From NCBI GenBank assembly GCA_004375965.1, contig SOIS01000073.1, forward strand, positions 14,802 through 78,801: 64,000 nucleotides of DNA, written 5' to 3'. Below the pieces are notes generated by a model that saw only the letters and a program-made list of their open reading frames with translations, made no database searches and was not told where the DNA came from. Position 1 is the stretch's first letter. Every line of letters starts with the position of its first letter. The position numbers were made by a program, and so were the translations under genes. Origin of the DNA: Candidatus Cloacimonadota bacterium. Lineage in GTDB: Bacteria > Hydrothermota > E44-bin80. Shown here in pieces: positions 37,852 through 47,898 of this stretch.

Positions 37852-38232
37852 CTACTGCTTACTCCCTGATGTCTTCTTAATCGGTGTTACTCCCTCATAA
37901 TGAAAATGGAAAAGAAGATTTGAATTTGGCTTATATTCGAACCCAAACCCATGAAGCATACTCCCAAAACTACTCATTCTTAATCCTTTATTATAATAAC
38001 CAACAGTTCCAATCAGTGTTAGTTGGGGAGAAACCCTATATGTAAAATAGTTATTGTAAAGTGACCTCAATGAACCATCATATGAACTATATGAAAAACC
38101 GATAGAGTGATCCATTGAAAATCTTTTATTGTCAAAGAGCCAGGGAGGAAGAGACTTTTTTACTTGATTCTGTGAGAAAATCAAGCTCGAAAAAGAAAGG
38201 ACTAAAACCATTATTAGTACTATTTTTCTCAT
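37852..38232 (-). CDS. small secreted hypothetical protein
   Basis: Signal peptide MRKIVLIMVLVLSFSSLIFSQ. Beta-rich, aromatic-rich. Confidence 0.4.
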   Translation of the reverse strand: MRKIVLIMVLVLSFSSLIFSQNQVKKSLPPWLFDNKRFSMDHSIGFSYSSYDGSLRSLYNNYFTYRVSPQLTLIGTVGYYNKGLRMSSFGSMLHGFGFEYKPNSNLLFHFHYEGVTPIKKTSGSKQ

Positions 38233-38440
38233 TGTTTACTCCTTCTTTATTTTATTATATAATATATCAACAATTATCAAATGTCAATAAAAATATTTCA
38301 ATAAATTAACGCTTCAAATGCTCAAACGTTCCAAGTTATTTAAGCCGATTACTTACAGCCACACCGACATCAACATATAACCAGCTTCCATTCCTTTCAT
38401 TTCTCTACTCTTCACTCTTCACTCTATTTCCTGTCTTCAG

Positions 38441-39295
38441 TCATCTGACTTCTGTCCCTATTCTACCTGTTTTAATAAGTTTCTCCTTTGCAAGTTGAGA
38501 CCATCTATTATGAGGATTTTCTTTCACCATCTCTTTCCATATTCTCTTTGCCTTCACCTCATTACCTTTCCCATAAAATGATAGTGCTAAATAATGTTTT
38601 GCCTCAAAAAGATTTGGTCCTATCTCTAATGCCCTCTCAAAGAAATGGATTGCATCATTATACATATTCCTTTCAAAATATATCAATCCAAGATAATAGT
38701 TTGCGTAGAGTGAAGCACTCGCATCCTTACCTGTTTTTATTACCTTTGAAAGGTGTTCTATCGCCTCTCCAAAAATCTTTTTCTTGTAGCAAATATATCC
38801 AAGATTATTTCTTGCCATCTCATCAGTTGGATGTATATTCAGAACTTTCTGGTAGAGAAGTAATGCATTATCAAATTTTTCTGTGTACATATATGCCCAC
38901 CCAAGGAGTTTCAAGACCTTCACATTGTTTGGAGCTTTCTTCAGAGCAGGCTCAAGAACCTTCTCTGCCTCAGCATAATCACCGGAGGCAATGAAATTCC
39001 ACCCTTTATCAATCAATGTTAAAATATCTGTTTTTGATATGCTCATTGATTGTACAAAACCTTTGAGTATCTCTTCTTTTTTTTGTTCTACTACTTTTTC
39101 CTTCTCATTAAGATATTCTTCCATTTTTTTCTCTATACGTTTGAGTCTCTCCCTGTAACTTTTTACAATATTATAAACATATTCGACCTTCTCAGCATAG
39201 AGTGAAGGTTTGTCACCAGATTTTGCTTCTTTAAGTTTTTCTTTGAGTTCGAGTATCAGTTTCTCAAAATTATCCATATTTTTTTCTTCCATCAT
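38441..39295 (-). CDS. TPR-repeat protein
   Basis: Coiled-coil N-terminus then multiple TPR repeats. Start overlaps cheB stop by 4 nt. Confidence 0.6.
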   Translation of the reverse strand: MMEEKNMDNFEKLILELKEKLKEAKSGDKPSLYAEKVEYVYNIVKSYRERLKRIEKKMEEYLNEKEKVVEQKKEEILKGFVQSMSISKTDILTLIDKGWNFIASGDYAEAEKVLEPALKKAPNNVKVLKLLGWAYMYTEKFDNALLLYQKVLNIHPTDEMARNNLGYICYKKKIFGEAIEHLSKVIKTGKDASASLYANYYLGLIYFERNMYNDAIHFFERALEIGPNLFEAKHYLALSFYGKGNEVKAKRIWKEMVKENPHNRWSQLAKEKLIKTGRIGTEVR

Positions 39296-40320
39296 CTTGT
39301 GAAATCTATTATCTCTTTTGCAATTTCACAAAGTGGAACAACTTTATCTACATAACCCGTCTTAATCGCTGCCTTGGGCATACCGAAAATTACAGATGTT
39401 GATGCATCTTCAACAATAACCTTACCTTTTGATTTTTTTACTTCGAATAAACCATCAGAGCCATCCTTGCCCATACCTGTAAGAACAACTGCAAGAACCC
39501 TATCGCCAAAACTTGCAAGAGACTTCAAGGTTATATCACAGGACGGTCTAACACCATGTTTTTTTGGTTTATTTGTTAAGAGAATCTTCCCATTCTGAGT
39601 AACTTCCATATGTTTATCGCCTGGTGCAACGTAAACCTTGCCCTCCTTTAACAACTCACCACCATTTGCTTCTTTAACATCGAGAGGTGAAATTTTATTA
39701 AGTCTTTCAGCAAGTAAAGGTGTAAATTGCTCTGGCATATGTTGAATAATAAGGATACAAGCATTCAGATTCTTAGGTAAGACTGAGAGGACAACACTGA
39801 GTGCTCGTGGTCCTCCTGTTGAAGTACATATTATGATAATCCTTCTATTAGAGCGAGATGGAGTATACTCAAAAGTACAAGCCTCATATTGCGGAAGACA
39901 TGTTAACTTCTCCCTTCTTATTGCTGAGGCACGAATAATCTTCTCAATAAGTTCTTTTCTAACTTCTCTCATATTAACCGAGATACTACCAGAAGGTTTT
40001 GAAACAAAATCAACAGCGCCAAGATTAAGTGCCTCAATGGTTTCTCTTGCACCGTCTTTTGTGTAAGCACTGAGCATCACAACAGGAACGGGGTGGACCC
40101 TCATGATGTTTTTTAAGAAATCAATTCCATTCATCACAGGCATTTCCATATCAAGAGTAACCACATCAGGATTTAGCGAAATAATTTTTTCTATACCCTC
40201 TTTGCCATCTCTTGCAGAGCCGATAACCTGTAACCTTGGGTCACTGTTAAGCATATCAGTTATGACATTTATCATTAGTATTGAATCCTCTATGATAATG
40301 ACGCGGATTTGTTTAGTCAA
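39292..40320 (-). CDS. cheB: chemotaxis response regulator protein-glutamate methylesterase
   Basis: REC domain (IIIEDS...DVVTLDMEMPVMNG) plus methylesterase domain (TSTGGPRAL, HMPEQFT). Confidence 0.85.
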   Translation of the reverse strand: MTKQIRVIIIEDSILMINVITDMLNSDPRLQVIGSARDGKEGIEKIISLNPDVVTLDMEMPVMNGIDFLKNIMRVHPVPVVMLSAYTKDGARETIEALNLGAVDFVSKPSGSISVNMREVRKELIEKIIRASAIRREKLTCLPQYEACTFEYTPSRSNRRIIIICTSTGGPRALSVVLSVLPKNLNACILIIQHMPEQFTPLLAERLNKISPLDVKEANGGELLKEGKVYVAPGDKHMEVTQNGKILLTNKPKKHGVRPSCDITLKSLASFGDRVLAVVLTGMGKDGSDGLFEVKKSKGKVIVEDASTSVIFGMPKAAIKTGYVDKVVPLCEIAKEIIDFTR

Positions 40321-40799
40321 ATCTCTTTGATCCCTTTCTTATATGACTTGACAACGACCTTACCGTTGGACAGATGGAAATCAACCGACCTACCCCAGCT
40401 TCCACCTGTATCCTTTGATAGCACACTTATTGAATGCTTTTTAAGAACCTCTATAGCAGCATTGACATTCTTCTGTCCGATTGAATTCTTAGTAAGCGTT
40501 GGGAACATGTTTGCACCGCCAACAAGTTTTGCAATGAGTCTTTCCTTCTTTGCACCCAAATCTTTAATCCTTTTGATAAGAATCTCAATCCCCGTGTCAG
40601 AAAATTTTGCAAGGTTTTCGTCACTTTTAGCAATTGACCTTGTGGGTAGAAGGAAATGATTCATTCCACCAATCTTCGTAAGAGGGTCATATAACATCAC
40701 AGCCACACATGAGCCTAATCCGTATGTACTTAGAATATAAGGACTTGAGCCTACTGCAATATCAGCTATCCTAACCTTTATTGTTTGAGTATTTAACAC
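40317..40799 (-). CDS. cheD: chemoreceptor glutamine deamidase CheD
   Basis: YGLGSCVAVMLYD...GGMNHFLLP. Confidence 0.8.
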   Translation of the reverse strand: MLNTQTIKVRIADIAVGSSPYILSTYGLGSCVAVMLYDPLTKIGGMNHFLLPTRSIAKSDENLAKFSDTGIEILIKRIKDLGAKKERLIAKLVGGANMFPTLTKNSIGQKNVNAAIEVLKKHSISVLSKDTGGSWGRSVDFHLSNGKVVVKSYKKGIKEI

Positions 40800-41596
40800 T
40801 TTCTATAAATCCTTTCCCGTGAATCAACTGTATTGAACAGTGATTTCGCTTCACCAACAAGGTATTCCACCTTTCCAAGAACTAAGAATGCTTTTTCGTT
40901 TAATCTATTGTAAATCATTGATAGGATTTTCTCCTGAAAAGTCTTCTCCATATAAATAAGTACATTTCTGAAAAGGACAAGGTCCAGCTCTTTTAATTCT
41001 ATATTTTCTTCTTCAATATCAAACCTTACAAATCTTACCTTCTCTTTTATCTTATCCAAAACACAAATCTTCTCATCTTTCTTAAAATACATATTAAGAA
41101 AATATTCTGGTGTTTCGTCAAAGACCTCATTTCTATAGCATCCAATTCGAGCAGTATTCAAGCTATCATTATCTATATCTGTTCCTATTACAGAAAATTG
41201 TGCAGATGATTGCCTTTCACTTAAAAACTTATCCAGAAGCATTGCAATAGTATAGCTTTCTTGTCCCGTAGCACATCCCGCACACCATACCTTAATTAAT
41301 CCACCTTTCCTTTCATTTTCTCTTAATATCTGAGGTAGAACAACCTCTTCAATTTTTCCAAAAGTTTCATAATTTCTAAAGAATTTTGAAACATTAATGG
41401 TAAGGGTTTTATGTAATAAACGTTGTTCTTTTGTATCCCGTTCAAGTAGTTTTGCATATTCAAGATATGAGTTTATTCTATTATATCTCATTCTAACCGC
41501 AATTCTTCTTTTTAGTGGTCTCTTTTTATATCTTTCCGGAAAGAAACCAAGTTTTTCAATCATCATCCTTTTTAATACCTCAAACTCTTCGTTCAT
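40793..41596 (-). CDS. cheR: chemotaxis protein methyltransferase CheR
   Basis: VWCAGCATGQESYTIAMLL (SAM-binding) and C-terminal VLFRNVLIY. Confidence 0.85.
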   Translation of the reverse strand: MNEEFEVLKRMMIEKLGFFPERYKKRPLKRRIAVRMRYNRINSYLEYAKLLERDTKEQRLLHKTLTINVSKFFRNYETFGKIEEVVLPQILRENERKGGLIKVWCAGCATGQESYTIAMLLDKFLSERQSSAQFSVIGTDIDNDSLNTARIGCYRNEVFDETPEYFLNMYFKKDEKICVLDKIKEKVRFVRFDIEEENIELKELDLVLFRNVLIYMEKTFQEKILSMIYNRLNEKAFLVLGKVEYLVGEAKSLFNTVDSRERIYRKC

Positions 41597-41708
41597 TGAA
41601 CTAAAACATTCTTAAATTAACAAAACTGAGAGGTTAGACGCACTCACTTCAAGCACAAAGCATTAAATTCCAGAGAGGTTGTCCATCATCACTCTTCTTT
41701 CAACCCTA

Positions 41709-43283
41709 TCACTCACCTACCATCTCTATGTTCCTCTTTGCAATTTCATTCTGAGGATCGATTTCTAATGTTTTCTTCCATTGTTCAAGTGCCCTCACCT
41801 TCTGCCCCATCTTATAATAGATGTTTCCCATTTTAAGAAATATCTCCGCATTGCCGAGACCAGCATCTGTAATCATCTTAAAGGATTTCTGTGCTGAAGT
41901 GTATACTCCTTTTCTGTAATATAATTCACCGAGTCTTATTCGTGGTTCTATGTAATTGGGTGCCAAGTCAAGGGCTTTCTTATAATTTTCTTCTGCCTCC
42001 TCAAAATTTCCCACATTCTCTGTTATAACGCCCAGATTATAATAAAGTACTGGTATATCTGGTTCTTTTTTCATGATATACTTAATCTCACTGATTGCAT
42101 TTTTAAGATTCCCTGAAAGTACATTAATTAGTGCAAGAAAGAAATGGGGTAAAATCAGCTTATCATCTATCTTGAGTGCTTTTTCAAGATAATCCTTTGA
42201 GGCATTAAGGTCACCTTTCTTGAAAAGAATAATAGCCATATTTAATATAGGAATTCCTGATGACTTCATTTTCGATGCTTGCTTAAAAAACTCAAGTGCC
42301 TCATCTGTCCGATCCTTAACGCTGAGTATGTATCCAAGATTATTCATATACATTGGAACATCGGGGTTTTCTTTAATAAGTTTACGAAGCAGTTCTTCTG
42401 CTTCCTTATAATTCTTTGTCTTAATAAGAGTGACGGAGAGATAAAATCTTGCTTCATTATCTTTAGGATTTAACTTAATAATATGTTTGAATTCCCGCTC
42501 TGCCTCATCATAGAGTTGGGTTTTTAAGAATGCTATACCGAGATTTAGATGCTCTGTTATCTTTTCATCAATCCCAAGAGCAGCGATTCTTTCTATAATA
42601 GAACAGAATCCTCTCTGTACAAACGATGATACAATCTCTTTTGTTTCAAATGTATCAAAAGGAGAGAATTCAATAATAACCTCGAGTGTCTTCTCTCCGT
42701 CAATCAAAGAATAAACCTTTCTATCCTTCTCATTAAGACTTAAAATGTCATCATGGGACGCAGTTGGTTTTAGAATAGATGATTCCCTAAGAATATCAAG
42801 AGAAAATACTAAAAGTTCATCTACGTGTCTCGCACTCTCTAAGAGAAGACTCGCTGGATTAACTGCAACAATCTCATCATCAACATCTGCAAACCGTGGT
42901 TCAAAATTAAAGTAACCGTTTTCCCAGGTCATCATTGTAATAATTGTCTCCTTTATCTGGCGCCTTAAGTACTTAATAAGAGAATCTTCTCTAACAAATT
43001 TTTCTTTTAATAAGATTTTTCCTATCTTTTCACCAGTTCTCTTCTGCATCTCAAGTGCCCCGGAAAGCTGTTCTTCGGTCATCTCACCGGAAGCAACCAG
43101 AAGTTCGCCTATTCTGTTCTTTCTATTTATTAAATAACTATCAACGATGTTACCCTTAAAAAATGTAATAGAACCAAAATGTTCCTTTTCTGTTACTGTT
43201 AAAATACCTGTTTTAAGACCCATAGAAAGAAGTTGTATTACATCCGGAAGGCTTGCCTCTTTGAATGATCCTTTTATCGCCAT
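41709..43283 (-). CDS. DUF4388-like domain plus TPR-repeat protein
   Basis: N-terminus GSFKEASLPDVIQLLSMGLKTGILTV and SLIDGEKTLEVII. C-terminal half has about 7 TPR repeats. Confidence 0.6.
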   Translation of the reverse strand: MAIKGSFKEASLPDVIQLLSMGLKTGILTVTEKEHFGSITFFKGNIVDSYLINRKNRIGELLVASGEMTEEQLSGALEMQKRTGEKIGKILLKEKFVREDSLIKYLRRQIKETIITMMTWENGYFNFEPRFADVDDEIVAVNPASLLLESARHVDELLVFSLDILRESSILKPTASHDDILSLNEKDRKVYSLIDGEKTLEVIIEFSPFDTFETKEIVSSFVQRGFCSIIERIAALGIDEKITEHLNLGIAFLKTQLYDEAEREFKHIIKLNPKDNEARFYLSVTLIKTKNYKEAEELLRKLIKENPDVPMYMNNLGYILSVKDRTDEALEFFKQASKMKSSGIPILNMAIILFKKGDLNASKDYLEKALKIDDKLILPHFFLALINVLSGNLKNAISEIKYIMKKEPDIPVLYYNLGVITENVGNFEEAEENYKKALDLAPNYIEPRIRLGELYYRKGVYTSAQKSFKMITDAGLGNAEIFLKMGNIYYKMGQKVRALEQWKKTLEIDPQNEIAKRNIEMVGE

Positions 43284-43322
43284 TATATCATCTCAGTTTT
43301 AATCTTATTTATCCTCAGATAT

Positions 43323-45251
43323 TCACTCAAGATTATGGTCTTCAAAAATTCTTTCATTCAGGTATGGCCATCTTTGGTCAAGTTCAGAAAGTAATGTCTT
43401 CTCTTCCGTAGTTGATGGAACCTTTGGCTTTTCTTTTTTTCTCAGTTTCTTTTGCTTCTCAAGTACAAGTTTTTCAATACCAATACAAGCTGAAATGTTT
43501 TCCATTGTGAGTTCAAGATTCTCATCTATAACTTTCTTAATGATATTTGCCACACTTCTTTTTATATCTATGAACTTTCCAAAAAGATTTTTGCTAAGGA
43601 ATTCCTTTATTTCATCCGGTAAAGAAATCCGTTTACAAGTAAAAAGGCTAGTGATTATTACCCTCTTATCTTCTTCATCGAGTTGTTTAATTGGAACTAC
43701 AGTTCCTGATAATAAGAGCTCTTTATAATTATCTTCCAAATCTAACTCTTCTGGTGGTAACTTGGACGACACAACTAAGAGTTTTTTCTCCTCCTTAAAA
43801 TTGTCCAGAACAACAACAAAAAGTGATTTAGACTCCCCATCATTTACTACATTCTCAATATCATCTAAGAGGATGGTATCAATCCCCTTTAGTTTTTCAA
43901 TATACATATTTCTGGCATCTTCATCAAAAAGGTTTTTTATCTCAATTGTTAAAAAATTTGATGGAATATAGGTAATTATTTTCTCTGGATATAATGATTG
44001 CATCTTTTTAGTAAAAGCTATTAAAAGGTGTGTTTTCCCACATCCATCGTCTCCATAAATATAAATAGGGGAATTTACATCTTGTTTCTTTGATAGTCCC
44101 TTTTTCAAAACCTCATATACTTCTCTATTAGAATGTAAGATAACAAAGTTTTCAGTGGTTGACCTTGCACTAAGGAATTTATTATATTCTTCCTTTAATT
44201 TCCTTCTTTCCTCTACTTTTTTGAGTGTCCTTTCTATGTCAAAAATAGCATCCGGGTCAAAAAGATTCTTTTCTAAATATTCCCTTTCTTCCAGAGTAGT
44301 TGTCTTCTCCAACTCACCAAATATTTTCTGTAGTTCAATGAGTCTTTGAATACCCGATGTAAATGAGACAAACGCTTGTATTATACCATCTATGGGTCCA
44401 TCCATAGCTTCTTCTAATCTTCTTACATTAAACCCTTTCATTTTCCAGATATAAAGTTTTAACATGTATTCATTTTTTATTGCCATCGTGTCCTTTTGCT
44501 CAGTTGCGCCTTTATCAAAATCTTCTTTTAAATCCTTGACAAAATCAAAAAATTCCTTATCCTCCCCGGGAAATGGGGCTAACCTCCTGTCGGGTGGGAC
44601 TATCTCCTCCAGAGCAATATTATCCTTCACATTCTCAACTGTGATTTCCTTTGTAACATCTTTAAGAAGGTCAATCTTTTTAAGGACAGTCTCTATCTCC
44701 CTGATATCATAAAAAGGTAAACCAGAAAGGAAATGTATTACATCATCCTTCAACTCCATTCCAAAATCACTACTTATCATTTTGAATATCCTGGAAACAA
44801 GTTCTGGGTCAGGTTTAAATATCGGAACTGTAAGTCCTTTCTTAATAAGAGAAACAAGCTGTTCAGATATGCCGAGTTCTTCCGGTGGGAGCAGAGATGT
44901 TATATAAACCTGTTTTTTTGCTGTAATAAAAGAATTAATGAAAGTATATAAATCCATACCCTTCTTTACCTCATCAGGCAAAAGATGGAGGTTTTCAAGG
45001 ATAAAGACAGAACCAACAGTCTTTGGAATGGATTTAAGTTCAGTACAATCTAAACAGAGAACATCCTCATCTTTAAGAATCTCTTTTACCGAACTTACAA
45101 GATGAGTTTTTCCAAGTCCTTTCTTTGAATAAATAAATAGTGGGTTTATATCGACCCCACGATTTTTTAGTGTTCTTTTCACAGAAAGGTATGCAAGTTG
45201 ATTTGCTCTACCAATTGCAAAATTGTTAAAAGTGTATTTTCTGGCTATCAT
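43323..45251 (-). CDS. tandem DnaA-type AAA+ ATPase protein (two DnaA domain-III-like modules, no DnaA domain IV)
   Basis: Module 1: YTFNNFAIGRANQLAY...NPLFIYSKKGLGKTHL...KQVYITS...GLTVPIFKPDPE. Module 2: SPIYIYGDDGCGKTHLL...ILLDDIENV...KKLLVVSSKLPPEEL...GTVVPIKQLDEE...ISLPDEIKEFLS. Confidence 0.6.
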   Translation of the reverse strand: MIARKYTFNNFAIGRANQLAYLSVKRTLKNRGVDINPLFIYSKKGLGKTHLVSSVKEILKDEDVLCLDCTELKSIPKTVGSVFILENLHLLPDEVKKGMDLYTFINSFITAKKQVYITSLLPPEELGISEQLVSLIKKGLTVPIFKPDPELVSRIFKMISSDFGMELKDDVIHFLSGLPFYDIREIETVLKKIDLLKDVTKEITVENVKDNIALEEIVPPDRRLAPFPGEDKEFFDFVKDLKEDFDKGATEQKDTMAIKNEYMLKLYIWKMKGFNVRRLEEAMDGPIDGIIQAFVSFTSGIQRLIELQKIFGELEKTTTLEEREYLEKNLFDPDAIFDIERTLKKVEERRKLKEEYNKFLSARSTTENFVILHSNREVYEVLKKGLSKKQDVNSPIYIYGDDGCGKTHLLIAFTKKMQSLYPEKIITYIPSNFLTIEIKNLFDEDARNMYIEKLKGIDTILLDDIENVVNDGESKSLFVVVLDNFKEEKKLLVVSSKLPPEELDLEDNYKELLLSGTVVPIKQLDEEDKRVIITSLFTCKRISLPDEIKEFLSKNLFGKFIDIKRSVANIIKKVIDENLELTMENISACIGIEKLVLEKQKKLRKKEKPKVPSTTEEKTLLSELDQRWPYLNERIFEDHNLE

Positions 45252-45438
45252 TTGGTAAATTTCTTTCTCAGATTTGAAAGGACTAAACTTACCATCATTT
45301 CGGAGGCATCTATTAAACCCTCACTTTGTGTGTGTAGAAGGAAGTATTAGGTTTGTTGTTTCCCAAAACTAACCGGTACGTAGTAAACTATTTTACAGAT
45401 TATTTTCCTTGTTGCATACTTTGTTAAAGCCATCTTGG

Positions 45439-46776
45439 TTACAGCATTTCATCTACGAGACCTGTATGGATGTTTCCTTTAATAAAATCTTTGTTTTCGA
45501 GTAACTTCAGGTGGAAAGGTATCGTTGTTTTAATTCCTTCAATTACAAATTCTTTTAATGCTCTGCGTAGGCGAGTAATAGCCTCCTCTCTGTTATTTCC
45601 ATAGGATATCAATTTTGCAATAAGCGAGTCATAATACCTTGGGATAGAATAACCAGAGTAAAGATGTGTATCAACCCTTACGCCTGGGCCACCAGGTATA
45701 TGAAACCCATCAATCCTTCCTAAAGATGGTAAGAAATTTTTTTGAGGATCCTCTGAGTTTATTCTTGCCTCTATAGCACATCCTCTCAATTTAATATCCT
45801 TTTGCGAAAAGGGTAGTTTTTCGCCCGACGCAATCTTTATCTGTTCCTTAACCAGATCTATACCTGTGACAAACTCTGTAACTGGATGCTCAACCTGTAT
45901 CCTTGTGTTCATTTCCATGAAGTAGAAATTCCCTTTTTGATCCATTATGAACTCGACGGTCCCAGCATTTTTATATCCTATCTTCTCCATTCCTTTAACA
46001 GCATATGCCCCTAACTTTTTCCTCTTCTTCTCACCAACAGCTGTTGATGGACTCTCTTCAAGTAACTTCTGATGCCTTCTCTGTACCGAACATTCTCTTT
46101 CTCCGAGATGAACTGTATTTCCATAATTATCTGCTAAGATCTGAAACTCAATGTGTCTTGGATTTTTAATGAACTTTTCTATGTAAAGACTCCCATTACC
46201 GAAAGCTGCTTCTGCTTCAGTACGTGCTATCTTAAAAAAATTTTTGAATTCAGATTCAGCGTTAACAATTCTCATGCCCTTACCACCACCACCAAAAGCA
46301 GCTTTTATTATAACAGGGAAACCAATATCTTTAGAAATCTTCAGTCCTTCACTTATCTGTGAAACGGACTTCTTGCTTCCTGGGATGACAGGAATACCAG
46401 CATCTTCCATTTCCTTTTTGGCACAAACCTTATCACCCATTTTTCTAATAATTTCGAAAGGAGGACCTATAAATTCTATGCCATTTGATTCACACATTTC
46501 AGCGAATTGGGGATTTTCAGCAAGGAACCCATACCCAGGATGGATTGCCTCACAGTTTGTAACAAGACAGGCACTAATTATCTCTTTTGCACTGAGATAA
46601 CTATCTTGGCTTTGAGGTGGTCCAATACAGACAGATTGGTCTGAGAAACGTACATGAAGCGAATCTTCGTCTGCCTCTGAATGAACAGAAACAGTCTCTA
46701 TACCAAGTTCCTGACAGGCTCTTATTATCCTTAGAGCAATCTCTCCTCTGTTTGCAATAAGAACCCTTTTGAACAT
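45439..46776 (-). CDS. accC: acetyl-CoA carboxylase biotin carboxylase subunit
   Basis: [22 protein letters not shown]-grasp motifs, [14 protein letters not shown]. Confidence 0.9.
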   Translation of the reverse strand: MFKRVLIANRGEIALRIIRACQELGIETVSVHSEADEDSLHVRFSDQSVCIGPPQSQDSYLSAKEIISACLVTNCEAIHPGYGFLAENPQFAEMCESNGIEFIGPPFEIIRKMGDKVCAKKEMEDAGIPVIPGSKKSVSQISEGLKISKDIGFPVIIKAAFGGGGKGMRIVNAESEFKNFFKIARTEAEAAFGNGSLYIEKFIKNPRHIEFQILADNYGNTVHLGERECSVQRRHQKLLEESPSTAVGEKKRKKLGAYAVKGMEKIGYKNAGTVEFIMDQKGNFYFMEMNTRIQVEHPVTEFVTGIDLVKEQIKIASGEKLPFSQKDIKLRGCAIEARINSEDPQKNFLPSLGRIDGFHIPGGPGVRVDTHLYSGYSIPRYYDSLIAKLISYGNNREEAITRLRRALKEFVIEGIKTTIPFHLKLLENKDFIKGNIHTGLVDEML

Positions 46777-46781
46777 TCAAA

Positions 46782-47888
46782 CTATCCTCTACCTTCAAAA
46801 TCTGTCCAACCTGCTTCTGAAGTACCTTTTATTCCTCGTAATTTGAGGTTAAATTCATCAGGATTAGTAACATTTGCCATTGCATCTTCATAGCTAATTA
46901 CACCTTCGCTGTATAATTTCATTATTGACTGGTCAAAACTTTGCATATGATACTGTGAGCCTTCCTCAATCGCAGTAGGAATCAGTAGTGTTTTAACTGG
47001 ATCAAGGATATACTCCTTTATGGTCGGTGTTACAATCATTATTTCAACAGCAGGTACTCTGCCTTTCTCATCTGCTCTTGCAAGGAGTCTTAAGGAGATA
47101 ACCCCAATCATTGTTGCGGAGAGAAGAACCCTTATATGCTGCTGTTGATGTGGTGGATAAAAGGAAATAATTCTATTTATTGTCTCGCTTGCATTCAATG
47201 TATGAAGTGTACTTAAAACCAGGTGCCCTGTATCTGCTGCTTTCAATGCAACATCCATAGTATCCTTATCCCTGATCTCACCAATAAGAATCACATCAGG
47301 ATCCTGACGCATAACATGTTTTAGCGCATTTGCAAAACTATGAGTATCCATCCCAAGTTCTCTCTGGCTGATAACGCTCTTTTTATCCCTGAACAGAAAT
47401 TCAATGGGGTCTTCAATGGTAATGACATTTTTACTTATATTCTCATTGATATGTTCAATCATTGCAGCAAGGGTTGTTGACTTTCCACTTCCTGTGGTTC
47501 CTGTACAGAGGATCAATCCTCTGTGCTTCAGCGCAATATCTTTGAGAACCTGGGGAACATTAAGTTCATCTATTCTTTTTATAGAAGGTGGAATCGTTCT
47601 CATAGCAATGGCAACACTTCCCCTCTGCATATAGACATTTACCCTGAAACGGGCAAGCCCTGAAACACCAATAGCAAAGTCAAGCTCCTTCGTTCGTATA
47701 AATTCCTCCTGCTGGTCTTTCGTCATAATCTGTTGTGCTGTTTTTCTTAATTCTTCAGGGCTTAAAGGCTCTTCTTTGATAACCCTCAACTTTCCATCAA
47801 TTCTCAGAACAGGAGGAGAACCAGCCTTCAGATGAAGATCGCTTGATTCCTCTTTAACCATCCTTTCTAAAAGATTTTTTAGATTCAT
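46782..47888 (-). CDS. pilT: type IV pilus retraction (twitching motility) ATPase PilT
   Basis: GLILCTGTTGSGKSTTLAAMIEHIN (Walker A), FRVNVYMQRGSVAIAMRTIP. Confidence 0.85.
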   Translation of the reverse strand: MNLKNLLERMVKEESSDLHLKAGSPPVLRIDGKLRVIKEEPLSPEELRKTAQQIMTKDQQEEFIRTKELDFAIGVSGLARFRVNVYMQRGSVAIAMRTIPPSIKRIDELNVPQVLKDIALKHRGLILCTGTTGSGKSTTLAAMIEHINENISKNVITIEDPIEFLFRDKKSVISQRELGMDTHSFANALKHVMRQDPDVILIGEIRDKDTMDVALKAADTGHLVLSTLHTLNASETINRIISFYPPHQQQHIRVLLSATMIGVISLRLLARADEKGRVPAVEIMIVTPTIKEYILDPVKTLLIPTAIEEGSQYHMQSFDQSIMKLYSEGVISYEDAMANVTNPDEFNLKLRGIKGTSEAGWTDFEGRG

Positions 47889-47898
47889 AATATATTCT

